Assembly: GCA_965228855.1 (NCBI GenBank)
Contig: CBDDIJ010000002.1
Coordinates: forward strand, 1,696,001 to 1,760,000
Direction of reading: 5' to 3'
Source of the DNA: Candidatus Obscuribacterales bacterium
GTDB lineage: Bacteria; Cyanobacteriota; Vampirovibrionia; Obscuribacterales; Obscuribacteraceae
Length of the DNA stretch: 64,000 nt
Part shown: in pieces, positions 60,401-64,000 of the stretch
Numbering within the stretch: position 1 is the stretch's first letter
Layout: the number at the start of each line of letters is the position of its first letter
The notes under the pieces: generated by a model
Seen by the model: only the letters and a program-made list of their open reading frames with translations
Databases searched by the model: none
What the model was told of the DNA's origin: nothing
Position numbers and translations under genes: made by a program

Positions 60401-63207
60401 CGTTCACCGTCGGAGCTCCCACCACTGGCGGTGGCAGCGTCACGGGCACCGGCTCTATAACTACCGGCAGTACCGCAATTGGTGGCAACGGCGGAAATGT
60501 CACGGTCGTCACTACTGGAGATGGAACAATCTCGCTCAATAACATCAACACATCAGCAACTGATGGCAATGGTGGCGAGGTTCTCCTTATCGGTGCTGGT
60601 GTTACGGTAAACAACATTACCACCACAGGCAGTGCCGGTGGCGGGGGCGTTGAGATACGCGGTTTTGGCTCTGAAGTTCAGTTAAGCAGCCCGCCAACTC
60701 CTATGGTAATTCAAAACGGAAAGATTACAGGCGGTACGTTCATTCCTGCGGCTACGGCAGCAGGTGCGATTGCGGTCAATAATGTTGATGCTGGTGATGC
60801 GTCCGTCACTCTAGTGAACCTGGTGTCAACGGTGACAGTAAACAATGTCATTCAGGCAAACAGCGTTGAAATCAATACTGATACGCTTACGTTCACTAAT
60901 GCGAATGGCTTCAGCGTGAATCCTGATGCCTCCGGAAATGGTGGCAAGATCAATTGGTTTGTAAACACTCTCGACACCCCCGCCGGCATTCCTTTTGCTC
61001 TTAATGCGGATGGAACCGGAATGGGTAATGGCGGCGATATACAGGTTTATATGGTTGGAGGTGCTCCAGTATTTGTCGGCACACCGACTAAACCGCCGAA
61101 AGGCGCCGCGAACCTCCTGACTCTCAGTGCTGAAAGCGGTGCACTCGGAGGAAACGGAGGCTCTCTGCTGCTGTTTGTCCAGGGCAATCTCACCGTGGAC
61201 ACTGGTTTCTTAACAGCCGCCCCACAGTCCAACAGCGGCAATTGGAACGGTGCTTCGTATCAACTCGCAAGCGCCAATGCGAGTGGAAAGACTACGCTTC
61301 AAGTGACCGGTGATCTGAGCGCCGAAGCTGTCGGCACTGGAAGCGGAGGATTGATAGCTTTTCAATCAAGAAACAAGAAAGCATTCACCGTCAACGCGAC
61401 CAAGGCACCGAAGAACGGAAACTTCGGAGAGTTGAGCACCGGTACTAATGGCGGTATCGCCATCATCAACACGGGCGGCGGGGTAAACGTCGCAAGCGAA
61501 TTTGCATCGATTCCTGGAGTTTTGACTCTGAGTGCCGCGATGAAAGGCGCGATCACCACTGGCAAAGGCGTGTCTCTTATCACAGGAGGAGCTCTGGTGC
61601 TCGCTTCTGATACCGGTGCTATAGGCAAGAAACCGCTCACTATATCGGCGCCGATTTTAGCCGTGCAAAGTCAAGGTTTAGTGAATCTAAACAGCATCTA
61701 CGCCGGAACCGTCACCACCGCCTTACCTGTATCGGCTGGCAAAGCGTTCAATCTGACGGCGATTGGCGATGTGAATGTGTCCACTTCGATGGATGTTGTT
61801 GGAGACGTAAATATCTCTTCGACTGGGGCGATATCAGTAAACGACATTATCACTACTCAATCGGGTTCTATCGCCCTCACCGCAGGTACTGGCACACTGG
61901 CTATTTATAATGACCTCACGGCGAACAATGGCGGTATTGTGCTTTCGAACCTGGATACCACCAATGGTGCCATCGCGGTAGGTGCTGTGACCATCGCGAC
62001 TGCTGGAAAAGGTGATGATGTCGTCATCGCGATTGGCGCTCCGCCCAAAAAGCCAACTAACACGCAAGCCGAACCTGGCTTCATTGTAGACAACCACGGC
62101 ACCAAAGGTGTCGCATATTTCGGACCTGCAGGCGGTGTCGTGCGCAACGGGGTCACCGATGTTAGCGTCAACGTGATCAATAAAGATGTGATCTTCAATA
62201 ATTTGTCGACGGGTGGTCAATTGATCACAGTGGAGGGAGGCGCGGTTATAACTGCCGATCCGCCGTCGAGGACAGGTGCCGGTCAGCGCCTTAGTGGACT
62301 CAATCTAAACAGTTTAGAGGTTGCGACTCCGGCGATGGTTGACGCGCCAACCAATCTGGCGTCCTTAAGTCTGTCGAACGCTGTCGATACGAGTTCGCTG
62401 TCGAACACTTCGGTTACCCTGGTCGATGAGATGCAATTGATGAGCTCTTCGGTCACCTCAGTCGACACGATGCCTTCGATGATCGCTTCAACGACCCTGG
62501 TGGGTGCGAAGTCATCGATGAACGCGTCTGCGACCATTAATACGGTAGGTCTCATGAACGCAGCAACCACGACTCCGTCGGGTATTAGTACCGACGTATC
62601 TTCACACCGCACAACAAAGACGGTAAGTTGGAGCGATGCCCCCGATGCAGATCTGTTTATCGATGCTGATTTCAACCATGGTTCTTCAGTCAGAGACCAG
62701 GAATTCGGCAATGTCATTTTCGCACCGCGTAGTGACATGACCTTTCAAACAAAACACGGCACTGTAAGTCTCAAGGCTGGTTCCGTTGCGCTCGTTATGC
62801 AATCTGAACGCAGCTTGTCGGTATACGATCTGCACGATCAGTGCAAGAATGCGGTCACCGTTCGTAGTGGCACTATGCAAATGAGCCTGACGCCCGGCCG
62901 GCACGCGACTATCAGCAGTCAATCTCAGGCTGAGTTTGTTGACGTAAACCCAATCGAATTGGTTCAACACCGAGGGCTAAATCAGAACAAACTCAATAAC
63001 GGTTACGCCGCATTCACATCGGAGTTCTCGATCCCCTCAGCATGTTATGCGGTCAAACCGCTCGCGAAGTTGATGAATTCAAAACAACCAGATGCGCGTA
63101 AGCTCGCACAACAACTGATCAAAACCACTTCTGTGATTCTTACACTCAACCCTGACCGCGGCGACTACGTTCAGTTTTTCAAACCTCGCGTTGCCGCGAT
63201 GAGGTAA
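54493..63207 (+). CDS. Giant secreted FHA-like beta-helical adhesin-type protein (~2904 aa) with a distinct C-terminal globular domain
   Basis: AAGGAG RBS before ATG at 54493; signal peptide ending APAQA; GGNGGNVT-type repeats; Ser/Thr linker, then a non-repetitive domain (GNVIFAP...VYDLHD...FTSEFSIP). Confidence 0.8.
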   Translation: MKSPAAGVQGQATLGASLLAFTLSLTGSAPAQANRTDDHLSALFARDAMRADRREARLERRELRIQQSVVSAPHSAEQLQSFNSATNTQSARHNNARHINLFSQMDGTKAGSRASASTAQLPGQVSTFRTSRPNLGRSTFETDRGNSKLINAGIALDLSSTKANITIGENVLDRTVTLIIGGEEKQYSAGSKVTAAEYAALTGKLATGTQTLTLSHGGAAEGGNLNLNLVSDNGLNIRASELVVPQNVTIEGDFGKTADGVRVTKDLVNYGSIVATSANSTKNTAVIGARDIENAEGGSIVSISSASNPNLNLALRANRDLDNAGSIQSAGDLELTAGRSITNSSGAVVGATGNVVLNSSVINNQGAVNAQGDITLMGAADATLGVNNFGGTLSALNGSINLRENGFEGTGNSIIYGGDLLSKQLNINAGQATGDVIARNVTGVINSSGLAAHVSANTDTLVLGTQCLTGDPTYFNTGDIIIGGDITVAEDLTIIAGGNISDISGTPITLTARSGSIGQDITIIAGANITSGTGELTPPGGPATLTTGAQQALSAVTVSGPATFGGSITFSNANQIDASSTGGNASGGNITLIAYANGYAGTPGKINAGATTLITSGNGSGNNGNVTVIGEQTISLGQITANGGTGTAPGTGVVAIASKQPTTSDGLPITFGTNGSITSGNTFVPGGDFEYFNLDTTITVNSINAATNVNVLGAFDVHLGNVVVSAGDINITTTRYGGAIFSDGGTYSADTINIFSSGYSDIRGNVTADFVQVKTSNSMILQNLTLNAPSVVLLSEHETAFVNSTVNVTQGFLSVSGQQVNGNATPGTINGSTSGDGANIVVIAGASWTDNGNNVTINGPSGMAGSIFENSIGALSTSSTGTGSAGDITLAAYGSGTLGIVRLYLASEITAKGAGGANGNVTIVADGASLGNAIEINGIDATGGTSGGTITLSSTTPNAAAIGPISKADASYSGSLVGTTQGAGGIRVYDPLKAGQSVTVDAGTQGVNLNSISVNGLSGNQAGGSIAITGSGVTLGTVQANGIGSGIGGTIEIQANSLNASAISANGGSAGAGGAGGNVMVGVNTASLYSVGTISANGGGTAGSAGSISVFNNGAGGISFNPANISLATNGGGGNLTLDATAGAIDGPVVITGSVVSVNGNAGFDNGQLQIRGSAITRNGALSISSSNGVDHSGSIELSTTSGDISVSGNFSVMTGGSLDIDLSSSRVITTANTGGTVLLQAVDNLIASGVNIVTTGAAGIPAGSITINGGGGLVVLGSLTSVGSGALSGGTVNVTSVGGLVYLGDINVNGGISGAGGTVTLNVSGAGAGVASILAAGFGGAAGGTISLSTAGHDINVAPDSSFIVDSGTGAAGSIQISTNGGDVILQAGSNFFSARGETSNGTISLNQLGSLSLGPASLTLDTNGAGSGSNISVSFNTSGPITASNGDLNISASGDVSFTGIVDIKTNGGDVSITANSISSNGAPQTVPDIDTDRLAGAAGDVSVSVNTSLTLNSILANNITISTPTLTQVTMNSPITADGTTIISTGRLVQSGSATINSDALELNFRTSAVMSTISTNVNSLTVTGVNNSITVNEANALNLLGVSNILNVNLSAGGNVFVNAAQSTINDYAITAVGAIAVNAPITAVNSLALTSSSDSIQINNALTISGASGSILLETTNGGLISELANGAIDTGAGGTLNITLAASPAEANLTAGTNNIAILNGSGGGAINVDNGANALSVMSLGSTQSLNATTTSATGISLTGSIATSGDVALNTTRFSAGANSLTAARITVQSATDLTLDANGAVLTATTPAAGAPGSPSTPTAINFITGAGEDLTLNGTMTMNGDVTFSNVGGTTTSQNNSLYAGSNNVVLKTADWIQLGNGNITGNLFFAGGVSIVNPDGDLVLSGNITFVGQDLVLAARNNVVLGNSNIDLSNTTESGNNLTIVAGYTLTPTGGGQQQSSLPFTVGAPTTGGGSVTGTGSITTGSTAIGGNGGNVTVVTTGDGTISLNNINTSATDGNGGEVLLIGAGVTVNNITTTGSAGGGGVEIRGFGSEVQLSSPPTPMVIQNGKITGGTFIPAATAAGAIAVNNVDAGDASVTLVNLVSTVTVNNVIQANSVEINTDTLTFTNANGFSVNPDASGNGGKINWFVNTLDTPAGIPFALNADGTGMGNGGDIQVYMVGGAPVFVGTPTKPPKGAANLLTLSAESGALGGNGGSLLLFVQGNLTVDTGFLTAAPQSNSGNWNGASYQLASANASGKTTLQVTGDLSAEAVGTGSGGLIAFQSRNKKAFTVNATKAPKNGNFGELSTGTNGGIAIINTGGGVNVASEFASIPGVLTLSAAMKGAITTGKGVSLITGGALVLASDTGAIGKKPLTISAPILAVQSQGLVNLNSIYAGTVTTALPVSAGKAFNLTAIGDVNVSTSMDVVGDVNISSTGAISVNDIITTQSGSIALTAGTGTLAIYNDLTANNGGIVLSNLDTTNGAIAVGAVTIATAGKGDDVVIAIGAPPKKPTNTQAEPGFIVDNHGTKGVAYFGPAGGVVRNGVTDVSVNVINKDVIFNNLSTGGQLITVEGGAVITADPPSRTGAGQRLSGLNLNSLEVATPAMVDAPTNLASLSLSNAVDTSSLSNTSVTLVDEMQLMSSSVTSVDTMPSMIASTTLVGAKSSMNASATINTVGLMNAATTTPSGISTDVSSHRTTKTVSWSDAPDADLFIDADFNHGSSVRDQEFGNVIFAPRSDMTFQTKHGTVSLKAGSVALVMQSERSLSVYDLHDQCKNAVTVRSGTMQMSLTPGRHATISSQSQAEFVDVNPIELVQHRGLNQNKLNNGYAAFTSEFSIPSACYAVKPLAKLMNSKQPDARKLAQQLIKTTSVILTLNPDRGDYVQFFKPRVAAMR

Positions 63208-63287
63208 CGGTCATCGGTTTGTTCGCTATTGAAGAAGTTTGGTCAGTCTCAATATATCTTGAAGCAAGCTAACCTCGCGGACAATAT

Positions 63288-63375
63288 GGAACCTGGGTGA
63301 AGAATTCTGAGGGTTTTGGAACCTTTATGGGTAAAATGCACATTTCCGGAACCTGAAGTGAACGATTTGGAACCT
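63288..63375 (+). repeat. Four direct copies of GGAACCT
   Basis: Copies start at 63288, 63318, 63348 and 63369 (spacing 30, 30, 21). Confidence 0.7.
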
Positions 63376-63532
63376 AAAAGTGGATTTGCCCATCCAAAAA
63401 CTTTGCATCTCCTATGAATTCTTACTCAAATCAAACGGTCCTCGAAGAAAATACGAGTGTCCTCTTTCGGGTTCAAATGACTCAGCATCCGGGTTTTGCA
63501 ATTCCCTGACGCAGAACATGTGTGAGAACGCT

Positions 63533-64000
63533 TCAATACGACTGATTGATTCTGGCAATCTGGAAATTCGTTGGAAAGTTATTCACCTCAAACCTAGGTG
63601 GATACGATGTTACTTCACATGGCTGCAAAAGATCGGGACAAATTTTCTCGATGGTGTCCCACGCTCCCACGGCTTGAAGTTCTGCCTCGCCATTGCGAAT
63701 CCTTACGAACGCAATCCGATCGGTTTTTGGCAACCACGTTGGAACGCCCTCGGTGATCGTGGACTCACTGCTAAGGTTGCCGTGGTCATCTTGGAACGCC
63801 ATGAAGCTCGAAACATATCTTTCGTCGCTTTGGACCTCAGGAAATTGTTTTAGCAGCTCCTTCTGGGCAGCATAAATTCGATCAAAGTACTGCAGTTTCA
63901 GCTGGGCGAACTGCTTCTGTGCCGGTTCATTCGGTGGAATGATCGCTTCCATGAAGCCTCTCTCTTCGTCTAGCATTAATGGTATCGGTGGTAGTGGCTT
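63533..64000 (-). CDS. Hypothetical protein, C-terminal part (frame is open to the window end)
   Basis: The frame continues upstream of the M at 63976 (KPLPPIPL) with no stop; ...EGVPTWLPKTDRIAF...YPPRFEVNNFP. Confidence 0.7.
   Translation of the reverse strand, partial: KPLPPIPLMLDEERGFMEAIIPPNEPAQKQFAQLKLQYFDRIYAAQKELLKQFPEVQSDERYVSSFMAFQDDHGNLSSESTITEGVPTWLPKTDRIAFVRIRNGEAELQAVGAWDTIEKICPDLLQPCEVTSYPPRFEVNNFPTNFQIARINQSY

Noticed and set aside
54801..62970. Many antisense ORFs within the giant gene (likewise within 3145..6336 and 40845..45020)
   Set aside because: These are shadow frames caused by codon bias of the sense gene and show no independent motifs.
1..64000. CRISPR arrays, rRNA, tRNA, transposases, integrases, prophage genes
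   Set aside because: No repeat-spacer periodicity or diagnostic motifs seen on reading; a small tRNA or ncRNA could be missed without covariance searches.

Overview
A gene-dense bacterial window of roughly 50% GC by eye. I found no rRNA, tRNA, CRISPR array, integrase or transposase. The protein repertoire (giant Gly/Asn/Thr-rich secreted proteins, WG-repeat protein, many PAS kinases) suggests a non-photosynthetic cyanobacterial relative (Vampirovibrionia/Obscuribacterales), but that is an impression, not a marker-gene call. Left to right: (1) two coupled membrane sensor kinases, the complete one lacking its phospho-His; (2) a 1063-aa adhesin-like protein; (3) a metallothionein-like gene and a nonsense-interrupted Gly-rich peptide gene; (4) a three-gene operon of a 323-aa secreted protein ending in -CGMG, a DUF692/MNIO enzyme and a small partner; (5) a stress cluster with a hemerythrin/H1-like fusion, general stress protein, BON protein, TauE, DMT, MFS, a GAFTGA-less NtrC-like regulator, an aeRF1-like factor and two kinases; (6) a Ser/Thr kinase-cyclase-ATPase fusion, multicopper oxidase, PepSY and Vgb-like proteins; (7) two divergent paralogues built from a triple repeat; (8) a single-chain xanthine-oxidase-family enzyme with altered substrate residues; (9) a HEXXH protein, hipBA, a GH32-like hydrolase, arsR-arsI, a methyltransferase and Fur; (10) a ~2900-aa adhesin-like paralogue. 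The best candidate for a new system is the MNIO operon at 7092-9195. There a chryseobasin-type (ChrH-like) RiPP enzyme appears to act on the C-terminus of a full-size exported protein rather than a short precursor peptide.
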